A DNA stretch of 64,000 bases from Phycisphaerae bacterium (GTDB lineage: Bacteria > Planctomycetota > Phycisphaerae > WQYP01). Position 1 is the first letter of the stretch. Every line of letters begins with the position of its first letter. The notes under the pieces were generated by a model that saw only the letters and a list, made by a program, of their open reading frames with translations, was not told the DNA's origin and ran no database searches. The position numbers and the translations under genes are program-made. Shown here piece by piece: positions 48,435 to 58,825 of this stretch. The stretch spans positions 13,102 to 77,101 of the forward strand of contig DASZZD010000016.1 of assembly GCA_035545015.1 (NCBI GenBank), read 5' to 3'.

Positions 48435-49670
48435 ATGCCCAACATCACCATCACCGCCGTCAAAGGCATCCGCACCGCCGCCCTCCACTGTGGCATCAAA
48501 GAGTCCGGCAAGCCCGACCTCGCCCTCCTCGTCTCCGACGTCCCCGCCGCCGCTGCCGCCGTCTTTACCACCAACAAAGTCGTCGGCGCGCCCGTCCTCG
48601 TCGGCCGCCGCCACATCCAGCACGGCATCCTCCGCGCCTGCATCACCAACTCCGGCTGCGCCAACGTCTGCACCGGTCAGCGCGGCATCGACGACGCCCT
48701 CGAAATGTGCGCCCTCACCGCCGACGGCCTCGCCAAACTCTCCGGCGATGAAGTCCCCGCCTCCGCCGTCCTCCCCTTCTCCACCGGCGTCATCGGCCGC
48801 TTCCTCCCCATGGACAAAATCCGCGCCGGCATCCCGCAAGCGTTCGCGCAACTCTCCAACACGCAGGAGGCCGGCGAAGCCTTCGCTCTCGGCATCCTCA
48901 CCACCGACCTCGTCCCCAAATCCGCCCACGCATCCTTAACGCTTGGTGGAAAACGCGTCACCATCGCCGGCCACTGCAAAGGCTCCGGCATGATCGCCCC
49001 CAACATGGCGCTTCCCCCCCAGGCCACCATGCTCGCCTACGTCGCCACCGACGCTTCCATCCCCCCCGCCACCCTTCGCAAACTCATCGCCCCCGTCGCC
49101 GATCAAACCTTCAACTGCGTCACCGTCGATCAGCACACCTCCACCTCCGACACCTTCGTCCTCCTCGCCACCGGCCTCTCCGGAAGCCGTAAACTCACCG
49201 CCTCCCCCGATCTCGCCAAGTTCTCCAAAGCCCTCCTCGAAGTCTGCGATTCCCTCGCCCGCCAGATCGCCCGCGACGGCGAAGGCGCCACCAAGCTCGT
49301 CACCGTCACCGTCACCGGCGCCAAATCCCCCCAGGACGCCCGCCGCGCCGCCGACGCCATCGCCAACTCCCCCCTCTGCAAAACCGCCATCCACGGCGGC
49401 GATCCCAACTGGGGCCGCTTCGTCTCCGCCGCCGGCTATTCCGGCGCCGCCATGAACCCCGATCGCGCTTCCTGCAAAATCGGCAACCTCACCGTCTTCA
49501 AAAACGGCCAACCCACCGCCGCCGACCTCGCCGCCGTCGAAAAAATCATGCAGCAGGAAAAACTCGCCATCACCGTCGACCTCGGCACCCCCGGCAAGTC
49601 CTCCCACCGCACCTATACCTGCGACCTCTCCCGCGACTACATCACCATCAACGCCGATTACCACACATAA
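48435..49670 (+). CDS. argJ: Ornithine acetyltransferase/N-acetylglutamate synthase
   Basis: NSGCANVCTG, STGVIG, KGSGMIAPNM...ATML, RDGEGATK, DPNWGR, INADY. Confidence 0.95.
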   Translation: MPNITITAVKGIRTAALHCGIKESGKPDLALLVSDVPAAAAAVFTTNKVVGAPVLVGRRHIQHGILRACITNSGCANVCTGQRGIDDALEMCALTADGLAKLSGDEVPASAVLPFSTGVIGRFLPMDKIRAGIPQAFAQLSNTQEAGEAFALGILTTDLVPKSAHASLTLGGKRVTIAGHCKGSGMIAPNMALPPQATMLAYVATDASIPPATLRKLIAPVADQTFNCVTVDQHTSTSDTFVLLATGLSGSRKLTASPDLAKFSKALLEVCDSLARQIARDGEGATKLVTVTVTGAKSPQDARRAADAIANSPLCKTAIHGGDPNWGRFVSAAGYSGAAMNPDRASCKIGNLTVFKNGQPTAADLAAVEKIMQQEKLAITVDLGTPGKSSHRTYTCDLSRDYITINADYHT

Positions 49671-49764
49671 TCACTTGTCAGTTCCTCAATGAACTGGCAA
49701 ACTCAACCCGGCCATTTCAGGCCCGCATGCCCCAATCTCGCCGTCTCTCGAGGAGGAACTTCCC

Positions 49765-50103
49765 ATGTCCATGCCCGTCACCACCACCTTCACCATCGAA
49801 GGCTACCGCATCGTCAAATACCTCGGCGTCGTCCGCGGCCTCATCGTCCGCGCACCGACCATCTCCCAGGGCATCCTCGGCGGCCTTAAATCCATCGTCG
49901 GCGGTCAGATCGGCGCCTACTCCCAGATGTGCGAGCAAGCCCGCCAGCAGGCCTATGACCTCCTCATCGACCACGCTCGCGCCGTCGGCGCCAACGCCAT
50001 CGTCGGCCTCTGTTACGACGCTTCCGAAATCGGCGGCAAAACCTCCGGCGCCACCGAAGTCCTCTGCTATGGCACCGCCGTCGTCATCGAACAAATCCAG
50101 TAA
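49765..50103 (+). CDS. YbjQ/UPF0145 family protein
   Basis: IEGYRIVKYLGVVRG, GANAIVG, EVLCYGTAV. Confidence 0.93.
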   Translation: MSMPVTTTFTIEGYRIVKYLGVVRGLIVRAPTISQGILGGLKSIVGGQIGAYSQMCEQARQQAYDLLIDHARAVGANAIVGLCYDASEIGGKTSGATEVLCYGTAVVIEQIQ

Positions 50104-50113
50104 CCCCTACCCC

Positions 50114-50572
50114 TCACGTCCCGTCGGCGCTCCGCTCCCGCGGCTTCGGCCCCGCATGAAACGCCTGGTCCTGCGCCGGCAACTGCTGCCGCGCACGCCA
50201 CCGCCTGATGAACCAGTGCGGATCGCGCCGGTACTCCTCGATCTCCCAGTGATCGATCTTCTCCCCGCATTCCGGGCACCGATGTCCGTCCGCCATCCCC
50301 GTCAGGTTGTACCCGCAGTGAATGCAGAACGGCTCCTTCCGCCGCTGCAACGCACGCCGCGCCGCCGCCGTCCCCGCCGTCACCGGCAACGCCACCGCAA
50401 TCACCGTCAGCTTCCACCACGCCAGCATCAATATCGGCACCACCACCATCAGCGCCAGCAACGGGATCAACACCAGAAAATAAATCACCCGCCACCCCAT
50501 CAGCCGCACCCGCTCCCCGACCCCCGGCAAATACCACCGGGGCTCCTCCGGCAATCCTCCAGTCACACCCAC
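50114..50572 (-). CDS. Membrane protein with zinc ribbon
   Basis: Two TMs then CIHCGYNLTG...CPECG. Confidence 0.75.
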   Translation of the reverse strand: MGVTGGLPEEPRWYLPGVGERVRLMGWRVIYFLVLIPLLALMVVVPILMLAWWKLTVIAVALPVTAGTAAARRALQRRKEPFCIHCGYNLTGMADGHRCPECGEKIDHWEIEEYRRDPHWFIRRWRARQQLPAQDQAFHAGPKPRERSADGT

Positions 50573-50608
50573 CTCCTCTTCCTCCCGGCGCTTGCTGCCG
50601 CGACCTCT

Positions 50609-50884
50609 TTATTTCCCCGGCCGCTTCGCCTCGATGTACGCCGCCAGCGTCGAGATGTTCGTGAGCGCCTGGTGCACCTGCGCTTCCTCTTCTTCCAGCG
50701 ACACGGAAAAATGCTTGTCCAGCAGCACGGCTATTTCCAGGATATCCACGGAATCCAGCCCCAGCGTGTCCGTGCCCGCCGGCACGTTGCGCGTAATCGC
50801 CGTCTGCGGCGTCATCGGCCCCGTCCGTTGCAGCTTGAGACCTTTCGACAGCACCTGGATGAGGGATTCTTCGGTGGGGGTCAT
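50609..50884 (-). CDS. Acyl carrier protein
   Basis: LGLDSVDILE phosphopantetheine site, ISTLAAYI. Confidence 0.9.
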   Translation of the reverse strand: MTPTEESLIQVLSKGLKLQRTGPMTPQTAITRNVPAGTDTLGLDSVDILEIAVLLDKHFSVSLEEEEAQVHQALTNISTLAAYIEAKRPGK

Positions 50885-50937
50885 GAGGTTCCTTCGGAGA
50901 AAAAGGTCAACACGCAAAACGCAGAGCATCCGCCAGA

Positions 50938-51759
50938 TCATGCGGCGGCATGCGCGGGTGGCGGGGTGGCGGCCTGCGCGGGTGTCTCCAGGGCGTCCGC
51001 GATCAACGCGTGCGCCTGCCGTCGAAGCTTCGCATGCGCCTTGGGATCGTTCGCACCGCCACGCAGGACGCCCAGCACTTCGATCGACAGCCGCGGATGA
51101 AACACCCACCCCTGCCCCGGCGGCATGCACGCAAACGTGCCGCGAATCGCCACCGGCACGATCGGCCGCCCGGTCCGCGCCGCCAGCAGGAACGCCCCCT
51201 CCCGAAAACGCCCCACCCGCCCCGTGCGCGTCCGCGACGATTCCGGAAACACCAGCAGCGACGAGCCATCCGCCAGACAATCCCGCGCGTCCGGCAAAAT
51301 GTTGAAATCGTTCACGAACAAATGCCCCGACAGCCGCATCAGCGCCCCCAGCAGCGGCACCTTGAACGGCCAATCCTTAGCCCACACACGCCCGGTTCCG
51401 GCGGGCAGCGGCAGCATCATCAACAGCAGCACGTCCATGCACGAACTGTGATTCGCCACGATGATGCACGGCCCCAACGCCGCAAAATCGACATTCCCCA
51501 GTCGACGCTCCAGAGGATTCCCCGCCAGCCGGCAGTAATGCCGGATCATCCGCGGAAACACCGCCCGCACGCACCGCCGCGCCAGCGTGCGCCGCCGATC
51601 CACCGTAAGCCCCGCCAGCAGCAGAACAGGCCCCAGGAATAGCATGAAGAAAAACAGCGCCAGCAAAAGCGTGGAATGAATGTAGAGCGTGCGCAGGATA
51701 TCGCGCGGACGGGGACGCGGACGGACACGAGAACCGGAGCTGTGGCGTGAACTGTGCAT
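50938..51759 (-). CDS. Lysophospholipid (PlsC-type) acyltransferase
   Basis: NHSSCMD, VFPESSRT, FREGAF, PIVPVAI; start uncertain. Confidence 0.88.
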   Translation of the reverse strand: MHSSRHSSGSRVRPRPRPRDILRTLYIHSTLLLALFFFMLFLGPVLLLAGLTVDRRRTLARRCVRAVFPRMIRHYCRLAGNPLERRLGNVDFAALGPCIIVANHSSCMDVLLLMMLPLPAGTGRVWAKDWPFKVPLLGALMRLSGHLFVNDFNILPDARDCLADGSSLLVFPESSRTRTGRVGRFREGAFLLAARTGRPIVPVAIRGTFACMPPGQGWVFHPRLSIEVLGVLRGGANDPKAHAKLRRQAHALIADALETPAQAATPPPAHAAA

Positions 51760-51806
51760 GCGTCCCTTGGCGCGAAACCAATAACGGTCCGAGCGCCGCC
51801 GGGCGC

Positions 51807-52595
51807 TCACGATGCCGCTGATTGTAGACCGACCGCGAAATCTTTGCCTGCCCTGTCTTTGTCCAGCAGCGCTTCCACCAGCGGCAGAACGTGCAGCTCC
51901 TTTTCCGCCAGGCCCGCCAGCACCGCCGGCAGCGCTTCCGCCGTGTGCGCTTGCCCCGCCGCACTTTTCCGATGCGGATCGACCCCATCGTGCAAAAGCA
52001 GGATGCCGTGGCCCGTCGACTGGCGCAACAACTTGGCGGCCAGCTTCCTCGCAGCAATCGGACGCGTATCGTACGCCCGCGCGCTCCACCCAATGATCGG
52101 CAACCCCGCCTCCTTCACCGCCGCCGCCAGGCTGCGCGTCTTGAATCCCATCGGCGGCCGGAACAACAGCGGCGGCTGCCCCGTGATATCCGCGACAATC
52201 TTCTGCGTCTCCTGAACCTGCTTTCGCCAATACGCCCGGTTCCCATTCACCCCGAAATGATCGTGATCGAGCGAATGGTTGCCCACCGTGTGACCCGCCC
52301 CCGCGATCCGGCGCAGCATTTCCTGATGCTCACGCGCATGCCGGCCGATCACGAAAAACGTCGCCGGCGCCTGGTGCGCCGCAAGGATGTCCAGAATCCG
52401 CGGCGTCACCTCCGCATCCGGCCCGTCGTCAAACGTGAGCACGATCCCGTCGCGCTGCGGAATCCCCCGGATCACCGGCGCCCAGAACTGGCACCGCGGC
52501 GAAAACACCGAATACGCCGCCGCCGTCGCCGCCGAGACGACCCCGGCGCTCAGACCGGTTAACAGAACAGGCAAAATGGGAGTTGTGTCCGTCAT
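51807..52595 (-). CDS. Polysaccharide deacetylase (CE4/NodB)
   Basis: LTFDDGP, GNHSLDH, LFRPPMG, LLLHD. Confidence 0.92.
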   Translation of the reverse strand: MTDTTPILPVLLTGLSAGVVSAATAAAYSVFSPRCQFWAPVIRGIPQRDGIVLTFDDGPDAEVTPRILDILAAHQAPATFFVIGRHAREHQEMLRRIAGAGHTVGNHSLDHDHFGVNGNRAYWRKQVQETQKIVADITGQPPLLFRPPMGFKTRSLAAAVKEAGLPIIGWSARAYDTRPIAARKLAAKLLRQSTGHGILLLHDGVDPHRKSAAGQAHTAEALPAVLAGLAEKELHVLPLVEALLDKDRAGKDFAVGLQSAAS

Positions 52596-52741
52596 CGATT
52601 TCGCATTCAATCCTAATAAACCCGGTGGGCGCGATGCAAACGGCATGGCACGACGAATCTTCCGCAAACGGCCACGAATGAACCCCGGCCTTTCCACGGC
52701 AAACGACCACCGCGCTCGGCCGATTTTTTCAGGTAAGCAGC

Positions 52742-53827
52742 GTGCGTATCGGCATCGAATCTCCGACGGGATGGGTGGACGGGATGGGAAAGCTGAGGGA
52801 CGTTTTCGCAAAGTGGCTCGCCGCCGCACCAGCGACAAACCATACAGAACGATTGGACTGGCAAGAGCTGGTATGGCCGATCGTCCAACAAACACTCCAT
52901 AAGGCCGGTGACGTCGACGGCGTCATCCTCGCCACCACCAAAGGCGACATCGCGAAACAAGTGGCCTGGATGCGCGCGCTCGACGCCGGACACGCACAAC
53001 CCTCGGAACCGCCGACATTGGGCGCAACGCTGGCCGAGCTAATGAACGCCTCCGGCCTCACCAGAAAGCCCGGCTGGATCGTCTCCACCGCCTGTTCCTC
53101 CGGCCTCGTCGCCCTCATCGACGCCGCCATCGCCGTGCAACAGGGCGAAATGCAACGCGTACTCGTCGTCGCCGCCGATGTCAGCGACTCCTTCATGGAA
53201 CAGGGCTTCGCCGCGCTCAAAGCACTCTCCGCCACCGGCGTTTGCCGCCCCTTCGATCGCCACCGCGACGGTCTCATGCTCGGTGCCGCCGCAGCCGCCT
53301 GCATCGTAAGTCCCTTGACCGATCGCTCAATCTGCGAGCTGCGCAGCTTCGGCATCAGCAACGACGCCACCCACATGACCGCCCCCGACCGCGAAGCCCG
53401 CGGCCTCATCCGCGCCATCCAGCAAACCCTCGCCCGCGCCTCACTCACCCCCAACGATATCGACGCCCTCTTCCTCCACGGCACCGGCACCCGATACAAC
53501 GACGCCATGGAAGCCACCGCCCTGCGCCAAGTCTTCAGCCCCGCCGGCCACACCCCCGCCGTCACCGCCGTCAAAGGGCTGATCGGCCACACACTCGGCA
53601 CCTCCGGCCTCGTCGAAGCCCTCCTCGCCGCACAAATGATCGCCGAACAAACAATCCCCGGCATCATCGGCCTCGAAGACCCGGAATACCCCGACATCGC
53701 CCCAGTCCGTCCACACGAATCGCCGCCCGCTCCCCCCCCCCGCCGCCCCATCCGCCACATCCTCAAAACCGCCAGCGGCTTCGGCGGAATGAACGCCGCA
53801 GTCCTGCTCTCGAAGGTGACCGAGTGA
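52742..53827 (+). CDS. Beta-ketoacyl-ACP synthase (FabB/F-like)
   Basis: STACSSG (Cys), HGTGT, KGLIGHTLG, SGFGG. Confidence 0.9.
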   Translation: MRIGIESPTGWVDGMGKLRDVFAKWLAAAPATNHTERLDWQELVWPIVQQTLHKAGDVDGVILATTKGDIAKQVAWMRALDAGHAQPSEPPTLGATLAELMNASGLTRKPGWIVSTACSSGLVALIDAAIAVQQGEMQRVLVVAADVSDSFMEQGFAALKALSATGVCRPFDRHRDGLMLGAAAAACIVSPLTDRSICELRSFGISNDATHMTAPDREARGLIRAIQQTLARASLTPNDIDALFLHGTGTRYNDAMEATALRQVFSPAGHTPAVTAVKGLIGHTLGTSGLVEALLAAQMIAEQTIPGIIGLEDPEYPDIAPVRPHESPPAPPPRRPIRHILKTASGFGGMNAAVLLSKVTE

Positions 53828-54471
53828 ACGAAGCAGCGACCATCGCCATCACCGCCGCCGCCGCCGCCGCCGTGGACGGCGACACAACAATCGCTCGCGG
53901 CCAAGCGCGCCTGACAGATCCCATCCCCCACGCCGACCCCCTCGCCGCCGCACTGCTCCAAGCCGCCGAAATGCTCATCGCCCACCTGACCCCCGCCGAG
54001 CGCGACCGCACCGGCCTCGTCCTCGCCACCCTCCATGGATGCCTCGCCACCGACTGGACCTTCGACCGTTCCCGCCGCGACGAACCCCGCTTCGCCAGCC
54101 CCGCCGCCTTCTCCCGCACCCTCCCCAGCACCCTCGCCGCCGAAGCCGCCCTCCGCCTCACCCTGCGCGGCCCCAGCGTGGTCCTCACCCCCGCCAACCA
54201 CGCCTCCGCCGCCCTCGCCCTCCACCGCGCCGCCGCCTGGATGCACGCCTTCTCCCTCACCCACTGCATCACCGGCGCATTCGACCTCGAAGAAAACCGA
54301 GCGCGCGTTGCCTTGGTGCTCCTCGAAACAGGGCATCCCGATAATCACCTCGCATCGCTCCAACTCTCACACAGTCCTGCGGACAAAGAATTCACCCTTC
54401 CAGACCTGCTGGCCTGGATACGCTGCCCCACGCCTGTCTTCGCGCCCCGCGCCGGAATCACGCATCCATAA
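53824..54471 (+). CDS. Ketosynthase N-terminal-like / chain-length-factor-like protein
   Basis: TGLVLATLHG, ASPAAFSRTLPS, LRGPSV; overlaps KS stop (GTGA); no catalytic Cys. Confidence 0.75.
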   Translation: MNEAATIAITAAAAAAVDGDTTIARGQARLTDPIPHADPLAAALLQAAEMLIAHLTPAERDRTGLVLATLHGCLATDWTFDRSRRDEPRFASPAAFSRTLPSTLAAEAALRLTLRGPSVVLTPANHASAALALHRAAAWMHAFSLTHCITGAFDLEENRARVALVLLETGHPDNHLASLQLSHSPADKEFTLPDLLAWIRCPTPVFAPRAGITHP

Positions 54472-54889
54472 AAAGAGCAGGCGAAACGTGGAAGTGCCTG
54501 CCAAGCGTCAGGGCGTGTTCCCACGCGACCCGGCGATCCCCCTTCGCCAGCTTGGATCCCATGCTGGGATGAATTCCCAAAAGCCGGGCAAGATCTGAAC
54601 CGGACAACCCCGCTTCTTGAAGAACATGACGGAGCATCTGCCGAGGAGAAATTCTCGCCAGGTCCAACGCCTGACGCTTCGCTTCGTAAGACTCCACGAG
54701 TTCCACAAGCGTTTCAAGGTACGCCGCCTGCCCCGCGGACAGATGCGAAACCTGCATCAGCCGATCGATCATGGCCACGGTATTGCCGTGATGAATATCA
54801 TCTTGAATCGCCATCGGCGGCAAAAGCGCCACGAGACGCGCGTACGAGCGCGGAAGAGCGCCTTCGACACTGAATGTTTTCATATGCAT
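54458..54889 (-). CDS. HigA-like HTH antitoxin
   Basis: YLETLVELVESYE, LRHVLQEAGLSGSDLARLLG, KGDRRV, HFHVSPALF. Confidence 0.85.
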   Translation of the reverse strand: MHMKTFSVEGALPRSYARLVALLPPMAIQDDIHHGNTVAMIDRLMQVSHLSAGQAAYLETLVELVESYEAKRQALDLARISPRQMLRHVLQEAGLSGSDLARLLGIHPSMGSKLAKGDRRVAWEHALTLGRHFHVSPALFMDA

Positions 54890-54894
54890 GCGGC

Positions 54895-54981
54895 TTACTC
54901 CTTCCACGCCTCGCGCGTGAATTGGGCATGCGTGAGAACCCTTCGCACGTTGATCAGTTGCCAGTCATACCGAATCGATGC
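54895..54981 (-). pseudogene. C-terminal remnant of HigB toxin
   Basis: Translates ASIRYDWQLINVRRVLTHAQFTREAWKE*, resembling the HigB C-terminus; no 5' half. Confidence 0.65.
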
Positions 54982-55349
54982 TAGGGCTGCTTCACTTGGT
55001 CTTCCGCCGCCTCCCCCGCATCCCGCGCAAACTGCTCCTGCGCCCAGCTCCACGCCGCCACCGTCCGGGGAAACCCCACCGTGTTCATCCCCAGCAAAAT
55101 CGCCTGCTCCACCTCCTCCGCCGTCGCCCCCGCCTGCCGCGCCCGCCGCACATGACTTTTCACCGCCGATTCCAGCCCTGCCCCCAGCGCAATGCCAATC
55201 TTCACCAGCGCCAACTCCTTCTTCCCCAACGGCCCCGCCGCCTCCACCGCCCGCGCCACCTCCTCATGCGCCCGTCCCAACGCCGGATACTTCCCCACAA
55301 ACGCCTTAAACGTCCCCGGCAGCCCCTTGCCCACTTTCGATTCCGCCAT
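54981..55349 (-). CDS. Carboxymuconolactone decarboxylase family protein
   Basis: AGPLGKKELALVKIGIA, VKSHVRRARQAGATAEEV, TVGFP. Confidence 0.9.
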   Translation of the reverse strand: MAESKVGKGLPGTFKAFVGKYPALGRAHEEVARAVEAAGPLGKKELALVKIGIALGAGLESAVKSHVRRARQAGATAEEVEQAILLGMNTVGFPRTVAAWSWAQEQFARDAGEAAEDQVKQP

Positions 55350-55429
55350 GCTCAACCTCCTGTGTACGCCCCTCATTGGTAATGCCCCCCAGCCCCCGAC
55401 GCAAGTCAGGCGAGCCAACTAACCCACGC

Positions 55430-56164
55430 TCATTTAGGTGTTAGTGCAAGCCCCGTGAAGGTATACACATCCGTGGCGCTGGCCCAGTCGCTGTCGCTGG
55501 GCGCCGTAGCGCTCTTGATCCGCTTGACCACCAGCGTCGTGCCGGTCAATTCCACCTGCACCCACACCGTATCGGAGCTGCCGATGCTGGTGATGCCCAC
55601 GCTCGAACTCGAGGGGCTGATGCTATAGCCATCCGGCCCGGTAAGCGTCACCGCCACATTCGTGCCATCGCTCTGCAGCCCCACAAGGTATCGCAAGTCC
55701 GTCCCCTGGGCGTCAAAGAGGAAGTTCATCGCCGCGGAGCCTTCATAGTTGACCGAGAAGGTCGCCTGGAAGCGCGCCAGCGTCAGGTTGTTTAACAGCA
55801 CCGGCTCGGGGCTGATCAAGCTCGACCAGCCGCCAAGGGTCAATGTGTCGGTCGTCGGATCGATCATGTCGAAGTTGCTGCCGCCCTCGATCGCATCCAC
55901 ATTGGGCACGTAGCTCGTCCAGCGGGCGGTCAAAGGCGTGCTGGCTCCCACCTGCCAGTACGAGACATCGTTGAACTTGATGCCCGCCACATTGATGTAC
56001 AGCCCGATCTTGCCCGAGGGGAAGCCATCGGGGAAGCTGCTCCAGAAGGGCCGGCCCATGGACTTGCCATCGGTGACGAACTGGATGCTTCGGCTGGTGC
56101 CGCTGGTCCAAGTATTGGAAGAGGCAACCACGCTGCCCTTGGCGCCATCGACCACGTGATACAC
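55430..56164 (-). pseudogene. Fragment of a large extracellular beta-rich protein
   Basis: Ser/Thr/Gly-rich beta-strand sequence, no signal peptide or clear start; inside decayed islet. Confidence 0.4.
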
Positions 56165-56412
56165 CTTCAGGTGACGTGCGACGGTTGCGTTGTCGGGGCG
56201 ACCCTCGGTTGCCGGTGGTAGAAATCACGCGACGAGCTGCCTGAGGTACCTGCCGGCAGCGAACGTGCATTTACCATCAAAGGACATGATGGCGATGATA
56301 AGGCCGCCGCCGACGGCCCTGGCAGTGCGCATTAGGTCGTTAAATTTTCACACTTTTATATACCTTAATTTACCCTAGGCCAGTACAAATGCTTCGTTAC
56401 ACTTGTTACAGT

Positions 56413-56928
56413 TCAAACGTCAAGAGGAAAACCCCGGGCCTCTTTATGAATTCGTATTACTTGAGTACGGGCGATAATGTCGCACAATGATACTCCTTTT
56501 ATACAAATCAAAAGCATGGAAATTACAGTCATGCCCACAATCATATATAAGGATAAGTACAGTACTATGGTCACTAGAGTTTCTGACCGAGTGAATAATG
56601 CTAAAATCCATAGAAAGAATGGCGTCGTCTTAACTGCTCCTCTCAAAAAGGCCTGGTCACTGGAAAGTTTTTCATTCCTTAATGTTCGCACCTCCAGCGA
56701 CAAAAGATATTTGCCGGTACTTGCGCCCCGAAGCACTTCAATACCAACATATCCAAAAGGCAGGATAAGTAATGGAGTCCAATAAATTCGAGGCGTGGAA
56801 TCCGCAAACGATAAGATAAATAGAATATTGGCTAGCAGCCACCATGCGACTCCGAGAAATAAACAATCAAGTACAGCCGCCGCAATACGTCTCGCTTTTA
56901 TTGGCATATTATCCGTAATCATATTCAC
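56413..56928 (-). CDS. RDD family membrane protein (AT-rich)
   Basis: RRIAAAVLD, GASTGKYLLSLEV, LCDIIARTQVI. Confidence 0.85.
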   Translation of the reverse strand: MNMITDNMPIKARRIAAAVLDCLFLGVAWWLLANILFILSFADSTPRIYWTPLLILPFGYVGIEVLRGASTGKYLLSLEVRTLRNEKLSSDQAFLRGAVKTTPFFLWILALFTRSETLVTIVLYLSLYMIVGMTVISMLLICIKGVSLCDIIARTQVIRIHKEARGFPLDV

Positions 56929-56976
56929 GCAATAAAATGTACATAGCTATCTCAATATAAAAATGCTAACGCTCGC

Positions 56977-57957
56977 TTATGCTATTACGTGTATGGGAAA
57001 GGTCCATTTAATCGGCGGAGGTGGTGGTGGTGGTGGTGGTGGTGGACGATAACTGTGCTTGCGGGTCTCAAAGGGCCACCCGCTGGCCGTCACTTCCTTT
57101 TTGGTTTCAGGATCCCTGATTAAAGTTGCATCTTCGTGCCATTTCACTTTGATGGTGTAGTCTTTCGCCTTTCCATGGGAGATGGCACGTCCCATGGAGG
57201 CCTTCATAGGATCCGAACTATAACGGTAATTTGGGTCAATAATATCGTTCCACGTGTAATCCAAGGAAAGTGCAACCGAACATGGCTTCGCCATTGTTGC
57301 CGTGCCGTGTATTTGGTAGTCCCCCACAGTTGCATTGCTTCCGCCAAGATAATTATAGCCAGTCATTTATTCCCCGGCTTCCATATCTGCATGAGTTTAG
57401 ATATCAACACGCCGTATTTCAAAAATGGCCCCTGAATAAAACATGTCACGAATTGATGTTCTGACCTTGATTTCAGTCAGAGCGCGCACGAGGTTTCCCG
57501 AAGAGTCGACGATCCCCTTCACGTTCCAGCCAGCGTCCTGCAGCGCCGTGTAGGCCGTGTCGCAGGTGTTGTCCGTGCCGGGATTGGAGTTCACCGCCGT
57601 CTGCACCAGATCATTGACGTACTGCAGGCCCCACACATTTTGCTTGATCGTCGCTCCCGAGCCGTCATCATCGCCGGTCTTCTGCTCGATGAGCTGATCG
57701 CCGTCATAGTAGTTCTGGTAGGTCTGATCATGCCCCGAGCCTTCCCCTGAGATCGCCTCGGTGATCAGCCTTCCAAGGCCGTCATAGCTCATCGTGTCGA
57801 ACGTCTCGCCACTCTGCACGTCGCCGCTCCCATCGGTATAGCCGTGGGCCACGCCCACCAGCCTGTTCCACGCATCATAGGTGTACACCTGCGTGCCATC
57901 AAAGGTCAGGTTCCCGTTGTCGTTGCACACCCGCTCGCCACCCGAGTCTCCTGCCAT
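56977..57957 (-). pseudogene. Degraded Rhs/YD-repeat gene: core fragment joined to a C-terminal (toxin-like) domain
   Basis: NGNLTFDG, YTYDAWNRL, YDGLGR, VWGLQYVNDL, QDAGWNVKGIVDSSGNLV; same frame continues through two TAA stops into ORF 56977-57366. Confidence 0.75.
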
Positions 57958-57966
57958 CCGTGCGCA

Positions 57967-58731
57967 TCAGCGAGCCGATGCCGCGCGCGGAAACGCTTTC
58001 TTGAGATGCAGCGCCTTCCGCTGCGCCGCGTGCAACTCCGCGATCCCCGCCGACGCCAGCTTCAGCATCTTCTCCAGCTCCGCCGCCGAAAACGTCGCAT
58101 GCTCGCCCGTCCCCTGCACCTCCACATACGTGTTGTCCGCCAACATCGCGACGTTCATGTCCACGTGCGCCTCGACATCCTCGGCATAATCGAGATCGAG
58201 CACCGGCGTGCCCTCGACAATGCCGACGCTCACCGCCGCCACCTGGTTGCGAATCGGTTCGGCAGTCTTGGCCAGGACCGCCGCTTTCTTCGCCGCCGTG
58301 ACTGCATCCATCACCGCCACCCACGCCCCGGTAATCGCCGCCGTGCGCGTGCCGCCATCCGCCTGCAAAACATCGCAATCAACAAAAAGCGTCAGGCCGT
58401 CAAGCTGCGCGAGATCGATGCAGGAACGCAGCGCCCGCCCGATGAGCCGCTGAATCTCCACGGAGCGCCCGTCCGGTTTTCCGGAATCGCGGCGCTTGCG
58501 CGTGGTCGTGGACGACGGCAGCATGCCATATTCCGCTGTCAGCCACCCGCCCGCGCCCGGCCCCTTCGCCCGCAGCCACGGCGGCAGATCTTTTTCCAGC
58601 ATCGCGGTGCACAGAACGCGCGTGTCGCCGAAGCTGATCAGCACGCTGCCTCCCGCATGCCGGGTGAAATGCCGGCGAATCGAAATGGGACGAAGCTGTG
58701 CGGGATTGCGACCATCATGACGCTTGGACAT
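57967..58731 (-). CDS. rph: Ribonuclease PH
   Basis: GWLTAEYGMLP, EIQRLIGRALR, CDVLQADGGTRTAAITG, LDLDYAED, EVQGTGE. Confidence 0.96.
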   Translation of the reverse strand: MSKRHDGRNPAQLRPISIRRHFTRHAGGSVLISFGDTRVLCTAMLEKDLPPWLRAKGPGAGGWLTAEYGMLPSSTTTRKRRDSGKPDGRSVEIQRLIGRALRSCIDLAQLDGLTLFVDCDVLQADGGTRTAAITGAWVAVMDAVTAAKKAAVLAKTAEPIRNQVAAVSVGIVEGTPVLDLDYAEDVEAHVDMNVAMLADNTYVEVQGTGEHATFSAAELEKMLKLASAGIAELHAAQRKALHLKKAFPRAASAR

Positions 58732-58825
58732 CGAAAACTCCTCCTGATCCCCGGCCACTCTAACCGCAACCGCACACCACGGCGACGCGGTCGCGACGCG
58801 CACCGTGATCCTCTATGATGCGGCC

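Noticed and set aside
57013-57045. (GGT)n repeat encoding poly-proline
   Set aside because: Simple microsatellite in a pseudogene tail; no independent function evident
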